A stretch of DNA of 64,000 bases from Octopus sinensis (GCF_006345805.1 NC_042999.1:166098001-166162000); one strand, 5' to 3'; shown: positions 12,276 to 27,600, counted from the stretch's first letter. Program-made: numbers and translations. Notes: generated by a model not told the origin, from the sequence alone.

Positions 12276-15200
12276 AGTTTTCTTAGTGAAGATCAAATTA
12301 AAGTGTGTGGGAGTCTGTCCAAGACTTTCTCCAGGTTGATAAAAGTGTATAGGAGCTTAGTGTTAGCTAAGTACTTCTCCAGCAGTTGTCTCACTAGAAT
12401 GGTGACATTGATAGTCCCTCTTTCTGGCACAAAACCAAACTACAGCTCATCCATGTTAATTCAGTTGCTATTCAATTGTGTATAACTCTTTCTGCCTTTC
12501 TGTTGTGCATCACCTTTGCACTTGTAAAAACAGATGATGATACTACTTCTCCAGTCATTGGGTATAACACCTTATTCTATAACCTGATTGGCTATTTGAG
12601 TATATTTCTTCTGCAGATTTTTTCCTCTACGTAGGTGACCAAGTTAGTAGTGGAGGTGGATGCTCAGTGAGTGTTACCACTAGAATATGAATAGCCTGGG
12701 CGAAGTTTAGAAAGCTCCTACCCCTACTGGTGACAAAGGGTCTCTCGCTCAGAGTGAAAGGTAGATTGTACGATGCATGTGTGCGAACTGCCATGCTTCA
12801 TGGCAGTGAAACATGGGCTGTGAATGCAGAGGACATGCGTAGACTTGAAAGAAATGAAGCTAGCATGATCCGCTGGATGTGTAATGTCAGTGTGCATGCA
12901 CGACAGAGTGTAAGCACCCTGAGAGAAATGCTGGACATAAGAAGCATCAGATGTGGTGTGCAAGAGAGACGCTTGCGATGGTATGGTCATGTACTGCGGA
13001 TGGATGAGGAGAGATGTGTGAAGATGTGCCACTCCCAAACAGTTGAAGGTATCAGGGGGAGAGGTAGACCCAGGAAGACATGGGATGAGGTAGTCAAGCA
13101 TGACCTCTGAGCATTGAGCCTCACAGAGCCAATGACGAAGGACCGAGATCTCTGGAGATATGCTGTGACTGCAAAGACACAGACTGCTTCCTGCACCAGT
13201 TTCACATAGCCCCAGCCCATTCAAAGTACCTTGGATTGCAGAACGACCTGCTGTGCTTACCTTGGATTGTAGGGTGACCTGCTGTGCTTGAGGAGATCTA
13301 TTGAGACAAGTACATCAACATCAAAATAGATATCAAATGGAAATTGTAGTTGTGATATCTGTGCCGGTGGCACATAAAAAGCACCATCCGAATGTGGCCG
13401 ATGCCAGCACTGCCTTGACTGGCTTCTGTGCTGGTGGCACGTAAAAAGCACCAACCGATCGTGGCCGCTGCCAGCCTCCCCTGGCACCTGTGCCGGTGGC
13501 ACGTAAAAAGCACCCATTACACTCATGGAGTGGTTGGCATTAGGAAGGGCATCCAGCTGTAGAAACACTGCCAGATCAGACTGGGCCTGATGCAGCCTCC
13601 TGGCTTCCCAGACCCCAGTCAAACCGTCCAATCTGTGCTAACATGGAAAACGGACGTTAAACGATGATGATGATGATAATATACCAAAATGTATTGATAG
13701 TGTAATATATTAAAATTTCAATGGAGAGTAAAGATTTAGTTTAGACGATACATTGTAAGAAAAATAAACATTATATGTATATAAATTACTAAAATCTTGT
13801 CTTAAATATTATCCAATCAGAAGAAAGATCCCTCTATCATAATTTTTCAGTTTGTTTCCTTCTCAACCACCTTATCCAATGATCATTGTTTATAGTGTTC
13901 TTCTATTGTATATTTGTTGATTTTAGAACAAAGAATACCAAGAACTTTTGCTGCAAAATATCAGTTGCTGTTTAGCCCCAGATCAGGCTTGGTCAAAGTG
14001 AACTATGATCAAAAGCTAGAAATTTGGCTGCTATTTCTAGTGAGTCAAGCAATCTTGTTGAGGTATTTCTGATATGTAAATAGTTTCACAAATCAGCAGA
14101 AAAACTGCTTACTAGAAATAGCAGTCAAACTTCCTTTAGATCACATCTTAAATAAGGAAAGGGCATATCACGCATATCCCTAAAATGATAGCAGGGATGC
14201 AACTGAGATGCCTTTCATTGCCGGCCAGACTTTGGACTAAGCAACTACCACCTATTAATGGGTCTTGTTCTTAAATTTATTGCAGGAATCATATTGCATA
14301 TTTAAGCCTTTGTATATATTTCTACATGCTCCAACTCAATAGAAACAATGGCCAACTATTTAAAGTAATAAAGGTATTTAACGTATCCACTTAGATCTCA
14401 GAATATTTTAAGGAAATATTTTATTGCATTTCAGTTTACATATTTTACTTTATAGATATCTTTTCATATTATTTCAACTTTCAGATCCTTCTGGGATCAG
14501 TCGGAGACAAAATTGGGCCAAGGAAAACATTTGGGTTTTGTCTTGTCTTCTCCGGTTTGTCAATGGTAAGTTTATTTCTGATTTATCAAAATATATTCTG
14601 TGAAATTATGATGTTACATCTCCTTATCCCCATCTCTCTTTACACACACACACGTGTTATAGGTGGAAATGCTTTAATATTGATTAAAAAAAGACTTTTT
14701 CCCATCAACCCCAAATATTACTAAAAGGTAGTTATTAATGCACTGTAAACATTACCAGCCTAATAACTCTGAAATAGATGCTACCTTGCACCCATGGTCA
14801 GGCCAGGCTTATTGCCTGACTCCCTGTGCATCAATGACACATCTTGTCCATTTACTGATACTTAACATGCAATACACAAATATTAGATAAGTTGTGTATT
14901 ATAAAACTAAAAGAACCGTCTCCCAACTCCAGATGTAATAGAATCCCACACGTTGGATTTTTTTTGCTAATTGGAGGAGAATGTCCACGTAACAGGATTG
15001 ATTTAATGACTTGGCAGCTGGTGTATGAGATTGTATTATACAGCAAGAATTCTTCTGTTGCTGTGATTTCAGTGGTTGTAGTGTGACATGGTACTGCAGT
15101 CTTGTGATTGTGTGGTGTTGAAGTGGTAGTTGATGTTGTTTAGCTGTAAGGCAATCTTAGTTGAACCAACTTATGATAAAAGGTGTTCAAGATATAACCA

Positions 15201-18200
15201 TCTTGGCTAAGATATAACATACCTTAAACTACATTATTTTGTGTCTCTTTTTTATTTTAAAGTAGGATATCATCATTATCATCATCATCATCATCATTTA
15301 GTGTTCGTTTTCCATGCTAGCATGGGTTAGATGGTTTGGCTGGAACTGGTCAGCTGGAGAGCTGCACCAGTGTCTGCTTTGGCTTTGGTTTCTCTGGTTA
15401 GATTCTCTTCCTAATCTCAACTACTTTTCACATTGTACTGGATATTTGTCATGTGTCACTGGCACAGCAATGACCACGATTCACTTAGCTTCTCAAGCAC
15501 AGCAAATCACCAGAAGTCTCGGTCACTTGTCATTGCCTCCATGAAACTCAGCAACCAAAGATTACCTGAAGGAAATTCACCTGTTATTTCTTACAGGTGA
15601 AGCAACAGCATAGCGGTTCCCTTGGTGGCACAACTCCTTTGTTAGTGTCAGTTAGGGTTCTGTAATATGTGTGATATTATGATGTGCTTTCTGGTGGTGT
15701 TGTAATGTTTTAAGTGTGTTCCTGTAGTATTGTAATGGTATTATGTAATACTATTGTGATGTACATTTTGTTGTGTAATTCCAAGGTCAAGTGATGTTTG
15801 GTGTTCTGATATTGTGGTATTCCATAACAGTATCATTTTTGGGTGTTAATAGTGTTGTGTAAAGCTATAATGCCATTGATTTTGATGTGGTTCAACACTA
15901 ACTTCTTAGTTAAACTGAGACCACATCCTAAATTTAGTTTCCAGCTGGAATTCATTTAAAAAATAATGCATTTGGAAAAGCATGAATATCACAACACACC
16001 ATACTCCTTCCTCTGCAACCCTTGACTTTAGAGCTATGCTGACTGGTAGAGAGCCGGATATAGACAGCATTTTACATTGTTTTTTCTCTGTAGCTCTGGG
16101 TTTTGATTTTACTTTTTACTAAAGTAAAATCTGCCTTTTATGCTTGCTGGGGCAATAAAATAAATACCTGTAATTTACTGGGTTAATCTCTACCTAAAAA
16201 AATCTTTACTCTCCTTTTATTTACAAACAAGATATTGCATATTCTTTTATTCTTTTACTTGTTTCAGTCATTTGACCGCGGCCATGCTGGAGCACCGCCT
16301 TTAGTCAAGCAAATAGACCCCAAGACTTATTCTTTGTAAGCCTAGTACTTATTCCATCAGTCTCTTTTGCCGAAATACTAAGTTACAGGGATGTAAACAC
16401 ACCAACATTGGTTGTCAAGTGATGGTTGGGGGTCAAACACACACACACACACACAAGACGGGCTTCTTTCAGCTTCTGTCTACCAAATCCACTCACAAGG
16501 CTTTGGTCAGCCCAAAACTATAGTAGAAGACACTTGCCCAAGGTGCCACGCAGTGGGACTGAACCCAGAACCATGTGATTGGGAAGAAAGCTTCTTACCA
16601 CATGTGGTTAAATTTTTTTTTTTAATTATTATATATTTCGTCTTTTACTTCCAGATGACCTTTGGGATGTGGAGTAACTTTTCTATGTTCTTCATCCTCC
16701 TGTTTTTAAATGGCACTGCCCAGGTAAAGTAACATCCTTTAATTTATTCTTTCTGGGGCACTGACAGGAAATAATACTCATTTGTCTGTTAGAAGTTTTA
16801 GGGTAAATGTACAGTTGTCTCCCTTTATTCTTTAGTTTCTATCGAGTTGACTTTTTTTTAATTATAACATTACATTTTGCTAACTATCATTTAACGTCTG
16901 TCTGCCACGCTGGTATGGGTTGCACAGTTTGACAGGTGCTGGTTTGCCAGAGGACTGCACCAGGCTCCTATCTCCATTATGTCATAGTTTTTACAACTGG
17001 ATGCACTTTTAATGCCAACCACATTACAGAGTGAACTAGGTGCTTTTTATGTGGTACCAGCACAGACAAGGTCTGCTGTGGCATGGTTTTTTTTTATGGC
17101 TGCATGTCCTTTGAAACACCATCCAATTTATATAGTGGACTGGGTGCTTTTTTTATGTACCATCAACACCGGTAAGGTCACCAAATAACCTGCAAACTGA
17201 AGATCTATTGAGAGGATGAATGGTATTGAAGGAGGTAGCTTTGTGCCAGATGATGAGAGGTTAGAATGTTACAGAGGAACAGGAAAAGGTGTCTTGCTGT
17301 AGAGGAGATACATGGTTACTCTAGTCAGAGGGAGGGAGAAAGAGTAAGTGAGAGTGAGAGAGAGAGAGCAAAAGTGAGAAGGTATTGATGTACCAAGGCA
17401 TGCTCTCAAAGTACCGGAGGAATGAGAATATAAATGGGACGGTAGAGCATCATGTGAATCCAAAAGGAGTTGGGGAAAGAGTGACTGATGAAACCAAGGT
17501 ATATATAGGTGGGGGACAACCAGATGGAAATGTTACAGTTGGCAAGAGCAGGGAGGATTGGATTGGGCTGCAGGAGTGGGAAGGAGAGATAAAGAGGGGA
17601 AATGTGAGGAAGAGGAGATGTAGTTTGGTTTATTGGGGTTGTTACATGTGGGTGAGTGGCTGCTCCTAGAACTCAGTTTTGCTGAGGTGGGTGGGTCTTC
17701 TTGAGAATCTAATATTACCAGACATCTCAGTTCATTGTTATCTCTTCAACAAGGCCCAACATCTTCAGATTGGTCCTCACTACTTCATCCCATGTCTTCC
17801 TGTGTCTGTCTCTTTCACAGGTGCCATTCACTTTAAACAATTGGCTCTTCTTTTTACAGCTGTCTTCATTCACACACACATTGCATGTCCTAACCAATGT
17901 AGTCTTCTCTCTTGCATGCTGCATCTGATTCCTCTTATGCCCAACTTTTCTTTTAGCACATTTGCACTTTGTTATACATGCACATTGATGTTGCAAATCC
18001 AATGGAGCATAATAGCTTCATTCCTCTCTAGTCTGTGCATGTCTCAGTACCATGGAGTATAACTGTTCATACACAAGCATCATACAACCTGCCTTTCACT
18101 CTGAGAGAGAGTCTTTTGGTTGCAATCAAAAGTATTAGGTTATTGAATTTCCTTCATCCTATTCTTATTCTAGCAAAAATACTTTCAGAACATCCTGCAC

Positions 18201-21200
18201 CATTGCTGATTTGATTACCCAGGTAACAGAATCTATCCACAACCTCGAAAGAGTCTTCTGGGCATTTGAAAGTAACTGGTCAAGGATGTAATGATGTGCC
18301 TCTCTGGGATCCTAAAGGAGGACCTGTGTCTGTTAAGATGCTGCTTGAAAGGAATCCTCTGTAGACCCAACGTATTTCTGTGTCTGTGCCTTTATGCCAG
18401 TGGTGCTGCAACTGTTGTTGCTGGAGAAATGCTGTTGTTGCTGTTGCAGCCAGACAGGCTTCTTTCAGTTTCTATCGACCAGATCCACTCACAAGGCTTT
18501 GGTTGGCTCAAGACATATGCCTACAGAGTCACGCAGTGGCACTGAACCAGGAACTATGTGGTTGGGAAGAAAACCTTCCACCGTACAGCCCCACACCTGC
18601 ACCTGGCTGATATTTTTTCCCCTTTTTTCCCCTTCACCACTGTTTACTGTTTACATTCATAAATTGTATTCTTAATAAACTCAAACAGGTTACTGCCACA
18701 TATTGATTGGACTAGTAAATTAATTTCGTTAAATTAAATTTAGTTTACATTAACAAAGGATTAGAAAATGTAGGCTACATGTATGGTTATCTTCCTTTAA
18801 TCTTTTTTCTCTTTTTTTTCTGTTCTGTCTCCCTATTTTCAATGTTTCTTATAAAACAAAGTAGCCTAAATGATTTATGGTCAAGTATTTGTAGGAAGAT
18901 GACCAGTGCATCAGGTTCAACTAAGTTCATAGTTCATTAACTTAGGATTGATCAATGAATACATATTTACTTTTAAACGAGCAGAATGTGCAGATTTACT
19001 GGGATAGATATGAAAATGGAAGAGCGTAAAATATGTGAAGATCATCTTTTTTACGTACCTGTGCATTTCATTTCGGGAAAAAGCAAAGATAACTTTGCTT
19101 AAATATAAAGAAGACTAAATTTTTAAAGTTCGTTCATGAGACAGCAAAGAAGAGCACACATTCACCCTCTCTGCGAGATTAGACTCGGAAAGTTTGTGAG
19201 GAACCCATTGACCCAATTTGCTGACTTTTCTGATGGCACACAGGTGTCAATGAATGGTTGAATGACCAAATCCAAGCTTTTCTGCTAGTTCCTCAACAGT
19301 TATGATGGAATTTTGTTCCACCAAGGTTTGCAGGACATCCTCTTCTAGGCTGTAGTTTCAGACTCAGAATTTCTGGAACCACCATTGACTTAAACTTATT
19401 GTCTGATCCCCATATACTGCATTAATATTCCTTGTTGCCTTTATTGAACTCATAAAGCAAAATATGTCGAATGTGCTCCTTTGTCCCTTCCATTATAGCT
19501 TTGAGAAAATAACTGTTAAAATTGAACTGCACTCTTCAAAACTTGCACTAAGAATAAGGACAAAGTAAAATTACTACCTGTTTTTATAGCAAGTTGATGC
19601 AGGTGGTTTATCCTGTCCCCATCAGACTTTTAGTTATGCAATTGAAAAAACTGCATTATTTATGGGATGGCCCAATATATATTTAGAAATAAATAACAGA
19701 TTATTAGAAATCTGTCCAATATCTGCAATAAAAAATATTTGTAATAGACAGACACAGTAAGGAAATCTAGCTCTACTTTTGTTTGTTGTGATGATTATCA
19801 GTTGTGTGTATTAAGCAGAAAATTGTTCAGATTTGTGTTTAAGAACTGAGAAATAGTGAAGAAATATCTGAGATTAAGATAAGAGAGAGTGGCATGTAGA
19901 TGTACTTAATCTTTGCCATCATATGGAAACTGTGGTTTGAGTAGGAAAACACCAAATAGCATTTTTTTTTTTTTTTTTTTGTACTTGTTTCAGTCATTTG
20001 ACTGCGGCCATGCTGGAGCACCGCCTTTAGAGTGGTGAAAGAGTACAGCAGGGATCACCACCTCCTGCCGGAGCCTCGTGGAGCTTTTAGGTGTTTTTTT
20101 TCGCTCAATAAACACACACAACGCCCGGTCTGGGAATCGAAACCGCGATCCTCCGACCGCAAGTCCGCTGCCCTAACCACTCGGCCATTGCGCCTCCATA
20201 TTGATATTTTTGAACATTTATTTGCAGGCACAGTGCTGGCCAAATTGTGTGAAAGTATTGGGAGAATGGTTCCCTGAGAGAATACGTAACTCTGTCTTTG
20301 GAATGTTTGGTACTTGTGCATTTGGTGGTGGAATCATTGGAACAGCTCTTGCAGTAAGTAGGAATTTTGTCATTTAAAAAAAATATATATATCATCATCA
20401 TCATCGTTTAGCATCCGCTTTCCATGCTAGCATGGGTTGGACGGTTCAACTGGGGTCTGGGAAGCCAGAAGGCTGCACCAGGCCCAGTTTGATCTGGCAA
20501 TGTTTCTACATATAATGTATATTTTAACCCAAAGTAGACATTTTGAACATCTGGAATGGAAACTGTGATCAAAATTTCCATTCAAGATGTTCAAAATGTC
20601 TCCTGATGTATTCTATGAATAGGGTTGCATCTCATATAAAATATTCACAAAAACCAGAACTTTCCCTGTTCAAAAGTAATGGACAATCTTTCAGGTGTCA
20701 GAAAAGTTACATTGCAAGATGTAAAATTGCATTTGTGGCCATTGCTGTGTTTAACTTGCCACAAAACATGAAAGTAATGCAGTCATATGGTGAACGTTTT
20801 TGCCTCGTTGCTTGCTTAATGAAAACATGTTGTTAACTAGGCAACTTCATTAACATTACAAATAATGTTATGGTATTTTATTTTCAGTTAAATCTTTTTG
20901 TGATAATCTCACTTTGAAATCATTATTTTCACTCTGAATTGGCATTCATTAATTTCACTTTGAAGTAAAATTTGCTTACTTAGAATTGCAAATACATGGG
21001 CAACCTTCAACTGTTTCTTACCAGAAGAGTTTTTTTAACCCAATAGTTACATGTTTTATTTCTAGCTTTATGTGTGTTCCAAGATATACTGTTCCAAAAA
21101 AAAAAAAAAATTAAATCATGTTCTCTCAAGAGTTCATAAAATTCTTATGACATTAAGCAAAATATTGTTTTGTAAAAAATATTTGTCAATATGTAATATA

Positions 21201-23625
21201 ATTTTTAGTTTTTCTCTATATGTGAAATCATGCTTTGGGTTTTTTTTTTAGTGTTACAATCATTATTATTGCTTTCACCTTCTTAAAAATGTATGTAGTT
21301 TGGAAGTAAATCTCAGTCTCTGTGTTGGTAAATTGATTCTTCCTCTGAAATATTTCACCTTTTTTAAAACTGAGATATCCCAGGACATTTTATCTTCCCT
21401 AGGGTAAAATATATTCATGCATTTTATTGTAGCACGACACCTCAACATGGCTTGGATATTTCCACAAGTCTTTATTTGTATTAAATTTTAGAGCAGAACT
21501 TTTACAATCAGATAAACTTCTTAAGCCATGAACTAGATGTACTGCAGTTTTCAGTATAAGCAAATAAAAAAAAGTAATTTAGATTGGATATAGGTTTACC
21601 CTGGCACCATTGATAAGGTTTTAAGTCTTTTGGAAGAATATCTAAATCTAACCAATTCTGAAACGCAAAGACGTCTGTTTTCTTTCTCCAACAGGTGTAT
21701 CTTCAAACTTCCTATGGATGGAGGAAATCATTTACTCTACCCTCTATCATCGTTGTAAGTATTCAGCTTGGTATTTATTGTTTTTTAGTCACTTGTCTAC
21801 TCTAATCTAAAGATGTTCCAGCTATGACCACCCCTTCTCTTTTTTTTTATTTAGTGTGTCAGTGTATTTAGGATTACACTGTTCACTTTTTTTTTATTTT
21901 TAATACAAAAAATAGGTTTTGTCATTGAGTCATTTGAGGAAGGTTTGATTTTTATTCATATTGACTTATTTAATTTATCTTCGATGGTGAATTAGTAGAT
22001 GTTGGATTAAATATTGTACAGTATTTATTCCATTTGAGAGATAATGTTTCCTAACATAGTCAAAGATACAATTCAGGTCCAGACAGCATCGTTCTGGTTT
22101 TCGCTTGACCATACCTCTTGGTCACTATTGGTAATTATTTAATGTTTACTGCTGGTGCCACATAAAAATCACCCATTACACTCTGTAAAGTGGTTGGCAT
22201 CCAGCTGTAGAAACCATGCCAGAAAAGACAACTGGAGCCTGGTGCAGCCCCTGGCCTTACCAGCTCCTGTCAAACCATCCAACTCATGTCAGGATGGAAA
22301 GTGAGCATTACAAGAAGATGATGATGATGTAATAGTAGTATAACATTCGTGCAAAAGTGTTCTGAAGTGGCAGGAATCTTTCAAGAAACTGATTCTGTGA
22401 TACAAGTTCAGTTCTCAGTTGAGCCATTTCAGTTCATTTTCTCTTTATACCCTCAATTCCCAGATATTGTTATAACCCTATAGGAAAAGTAGGGGCTCCG
22501 CCAGGCTGACTTGACCCTCTGCACCCTATATGAAGAGAGGCACTTCATTAGTGACTCTACAACTTACTAGTACAGACTTCCCTATATTGACTAGCATATC
22601 GGTAAGGAAGTTGCAGCTAGTAGCTATTGTTGTTTAGTTGCAGATCAACCCTAATCGAACAAACCTTACGATTAAAGCTTTTCTGACCCACAATCACATT
22701 TATTGTGGTTTTTGTTCTGTCAAATGCGATGCTTATTTATTCACATTGTTTTGAATTAATCCTGCATTATCTCATAGCTTTGAAATTTCAATGATGTAAT
22801 TGTTTATTTTTAGTATGACATTGTAGGGTAGGTGTGAGAGGCTGGATCTAGCTGGTTTGAACATGATACAGATAGAATATTTGGGTTGGATATGACTAGT
22901 TTAAATAATGCATTCTTCATTTTTTAAAATTTGAGTGAGAGTTGATTGCTATTTCTAACTTATTGATTGACCAAGTATCCTCTACGTGTTGGCTCACAAC
23001 TGATTGAGCTGATAGGTTGCCTGCCAGCTTATCTGTTTGATTAGAGTTATGTTATTGATTCCATATTGTATCTATGAAAGGTACACTTAACTCTCAAGAA
23101 ACCAATTCACTTATCTGAAAATTAGATGTACAGTGATGTCCAGTTTATTACTGTAAGTAGCTAGGGACTGTGTATAACTGATAAGAATTTTTGTTAGTAA
23201 ATGGTGGTGATTTTATATCTCCCCTTAAGGCCTTTTGAATTATATCATGATGGGAAGATTTACAATAGTTTCCCAACAACCTAAGGAATTACAAAATATT
23301 ACCCTTTCTTTTTGATTAGGGTTTGTTAGTAGTAATTTTTAAAATTTTATTTGAAATATTCTCTCATGGGTCCCAAGAATGTTTTAGGAAACACTGTCCC
23401 CTACTTTCAGTCCCTACATGAAAAATCAAAACACTTGAAATGTTGGCCATAATTTGAGTGCTGTGATAGCTAGAGTGTGTGTGTGTGAGAAAGAGAAAGT
23501 GAGAGTGGTGGGTGTTTTCATTGTCTAAGACACTAATGTGTGTTTATGAATGGTATGGCACTCTGGTTAATTATTGTTTAGGTTTACAACACAGATAGAC
23601 ATGAACACACACACACACACACACA

Positions 23626-23662
<37 letters not shown>

Positions 23663-24583
23663 TCTCTCTCTCTCTCTCTCACACACACACATGCTGTCAT
23701 TCACTTATATATAACAAATAATCTGATATACATGAATATATTTGATCTGAATTTATTTCTCTCTTTCAGTTTTCATTTGGTATTCTTGTATTTGTGTTAT
23801 TTAAACAACCAAATGAATTGAACATTGAAGTGCCTGGCAAAGGTGACAGCTTTTTCTTTTCTCAGTAATTTCATTTTTGTCATTCTTGAAATTTCTAGAA
23901 TTACCGTTTCATTACAGGTTAAATCTAATCCATTCAAATTGTGTGTGTAACACCACCATAATCATTTCTTGCATCCAATGCACTCAGCCACCATAAAATT
24001 ATATCCATTACAAGATCCAGTATAAGCTGTGGTGTGGTAGTGCAAGTTCTTGATAGGGCCCCTAATGCTGGACTGGTCAAAGGATAAAGGCCAGACTGAT
24101 ATGGACTGCCTCCCCCAGAAGTAAAAACAGGCTTGCATCCCTATCTTTAAAAAAAGTAATGTTACAGAGGCCTTGATGTCAATTCATAACCAACAGTGGA
24201 GAAAAGTTTTCAATGGTTTATAAGTATAAAAGCCAAAAATGAAATTATGTGCCAATTTGATTGATTGGTTGAATATCTCTAGTGTTTTAAACCACTAAAG
24301 CTCAGGTGACTAAGTGAGTTAATGATTGTGTAATCTTGTGATGAGGGTTTAAGGATTATTAACCAAAATATGAAATATAAATTTTTCTTTGTTTTTAGAA
24401 TATTGTTTATTGTTTCCATAAAGAGAAATCTTCAAAGCATTCTTCAAGTTCTTCATCAACTACTCAAAGTCAGATTCAAATTGGTGTTTTAAAATTCAAT
24501 CTAAATTGTCTCGACTATTGAACGGCAAGAACTACATATTCATTGATACTGTTATAGTGTGATGAGGGCTTAAGGGTTATTAA

Positions 24584-24654
<71 letters not shown>

Positions 24655-27600
24655 TTTGGAACATCTTTTACTGTTTCCGTAAAGAAAAATCTTCAAAACA
24701 TTCTAATCTAGTCATTGTAATCTTGTCATCAGCTACCCAAAGTCAGATTCAAACATGTTTTAAAACACCTATTTGACTGTGAATAGGTTCTTTAAAACTT
24801 AATCTAAACCTTTTTAACTATTGAATTGCAAAGGATCACATATTCATTGACTCTATTATATATACTTTTATTATTTATCCGTGATGTCTGTGTTGGTTCT
24901 GTTATTATCTGAATGTAACTTTTGAGCATTGTTGACTCAAATTTCATGGCTGTGCAGTTGCAGAGTTGGCTTGTGAAGCCATAGAAGGCACATGGAAATG
25001 AAGGTCCCATATACATACATGCATGTAATTAAGTTCACTTATTGCTTCAGGTTCAATCCCACTGCATGGCATCTTGAGTGTCTTCTACAATAACCATACA
25101 TTGACCAATAATACCTTGGAAGGAAATTTGGTTGAGGGAAACTGAAGGAAGTCTGCTGTGTATACGTGTGTGTGTGAATGTGCATCTATGTTTATATTCC
25201 ACACTTGTCACTACTTGAGTGAAGTGCTACTAAAGTTGACCTTCCTTGTTAACATTATGACCAGTTGCTCTGTATTTTTAGAGACATGTGGAATAAAAAG
25301 ATCCCTTACCTGAAAAACAGGAAGAGCATCCTGCCATAAAATCTTACCTCAAATAACTCTCTGTCTAAACCGATGCTAGCTTAGAAATACAGGTGTGAAA
25401 CGAATGAGCAAACAAATAAATAAATACAAAAGGATTCCTCTCAGTATCTGTCAACCAACTCCACTCACAAAGCACTGGTCATTTCAAGGCCATAGTAGAG
25501 GAGGACACATGCTGAAGGTAACACAATAAGATTAAACCCTAAATTACATGGTTCTGAAACAAACTCCAATAACCTCACAGCCATGTCTGCATCCATGTTA
25601 TTTTAGAGTCTGTTAGCTAGGGACATGCATCTGCTATAGAGATACCTGCAGATATTTCCAGTTCAAGAGAGGTTTTGTTCTGTGTATCAGTTCTTGGTTT
25701 TGCATGTTTTCTTCTACCTTCACACCTTCACCACAACAAGAACAACAAAAGTAGCAAAAAGAAGTGCTTCTTTGTGCATCATTTCAGCAGATGGTTCGAT
25801 AAGGATGTTGTTGCTATTGTTAATCTTAGCATAACAGCATAATTGTCTTTTATTCATGTATTCACTATGCCTATGACTATGGTACAGGCTGGAGCAGGTG
25901 TTTCCCTTTCTGTTTAGCTGTCTTCCATCATCTGCATAATGTTCCCAGGATCTTTGATTTTTAGATGCATGTTTTTCTTTTCTCTGAATTAAGGAAGAAA
26001 GAAAAATGTGGTGTTGTGTACCAAAACTGCAGATTTTGGAGCCACCTAAGGTCCATGTTTTGTGAACTACTCATAGCAGCTATCCCATCATCACCATTAT
26101 CATTATCAATTATCATTTTCATAATCACCATCGTCATTATCATCGTCATCATCACATTGTTGTTATTGTTAGCTTCATCATAATTTCTGGTTTAATGTCT
26201 GTTTTTTTTTTCTCTATTTTGATATGTCACTGTGTGAATCTACATAAATTAATAACGATAATAATAATAATAATAATAATAATAAATGCCTTGATGCATT
26301 ACCAGGCAGTGGCTCTCATGGCTTCTGATTTTAACCGATTGGAAGTGTTATCATGTACATTGTTCTGTCTTGGTATAAAAGATGGGCTACAGCAAATATT
26401 CTGCTCAATACCACAGATTTGCTTGTCAGTTGTTTGACCTTAACCAGTTGACCATGCCCCGTAGTAGCTGACGATATGTGCATCTCTGATCACGAGCAGA
26501 AGTAGTGGGGGAGCATCATAACCATGTGTTGAGAGGAATTCTTTGGGGTTTGGATAATTCACCTTTGGAAACATGGGTGTTTCGTTCAACATCCTTAAAC
26601 AATCCTTATTCAGGGACCTTTTGAGGAGGATGGGCTACTCGACCAGAAGAAAATTCTAACTGGCTCCACCTGCAAGGTCATGCGCTGTTTATCTTGATAT
26701 GAGCTCGCCATGTCACGCACATATGGTTGTGATGCACGTGCCTTGTATACTCATATCAGACAGGTAGTCATGATGGGTATACTGGGCTTTGTATATTTTT
26801 CCCTAGTGTCACTTCGAGTGCATGCACTGCTCTCTCACTCAGTAATAATAATAATAAAACAATCACATGCTACTATAGTTAGCAGAAATGTTGCCTTGAG
26901 GTTTGGTGATATTGTGTCTCCTGAAATCTCAAGAATCTCTCTTAGGACTCTTGCAGAAAATAGAATGGAACTTTTCTTTCTACAAGCAGACAATCCATAT
27001 CTCAACTACAATATCCTTCAGCCCTCTTGGTAGCAGTTTGGGTATGGTGCCAAGTGCACCAATTACCGCAGGAGCAGTTATTACTTTTTCTTCCCGTTAA
27101 GGTTAGGTTCAGATATTTCCAAATTTTCTCCATTTCTTTGGTTCTATTCTATTATTGTTTGGTCAGTGTTAGCTTTGCCTTTCATTTCATTCTTTTGGAG
27201 TTGATAAAATAAGAAGCAGTCAAGTACTGTCAACTGGTCACCTCCCCAAAATAGTTCAGGCCTTGTACCTATGTTAGAAAAATTATTAGGAGTGGCTGTG
27301 TGGTAAGTAGCTTGCTAACCAACCACATGGTTCCGGGTTCAGTCCCACTGCGTGGCATCTTGGGCAAGTGTCTTCTGCTATAGCCCCTAGCCGACCAATG
27401 CCTTGTGAGTGGATTTGGTAGACGGAAACTGAAAGAAGCCTGTCGTATATATGTATATATATAAGTATGTGTGTATATGTTTGTGTGTCTGTGTTTGTCC
27501 CCCTAGCATTGCTTGACAACCGATGCTAGTGTGTTTACGTCCCCGTAACTTAGCGGTTCGGCAAAAGAGACCGTTAGAATAAGTACTGGGCTTACAAAGA

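Noticed and set aside
13340-13520. Repeated GGTGGCACGTAAAAAGCACC units with variable spacers as a CRISPR-like array
   Set aside because: They are internal modules of the RTE 3' UTR, repeated in every RTE copy in the window. The context is eukaryotic and there are no cas genes.
24399-24423. Strong acceptor at 24398/24399 as a coding exon start
   Set aside because: In the required phase it reaches TAA after six codons; at most it is a poison exon.
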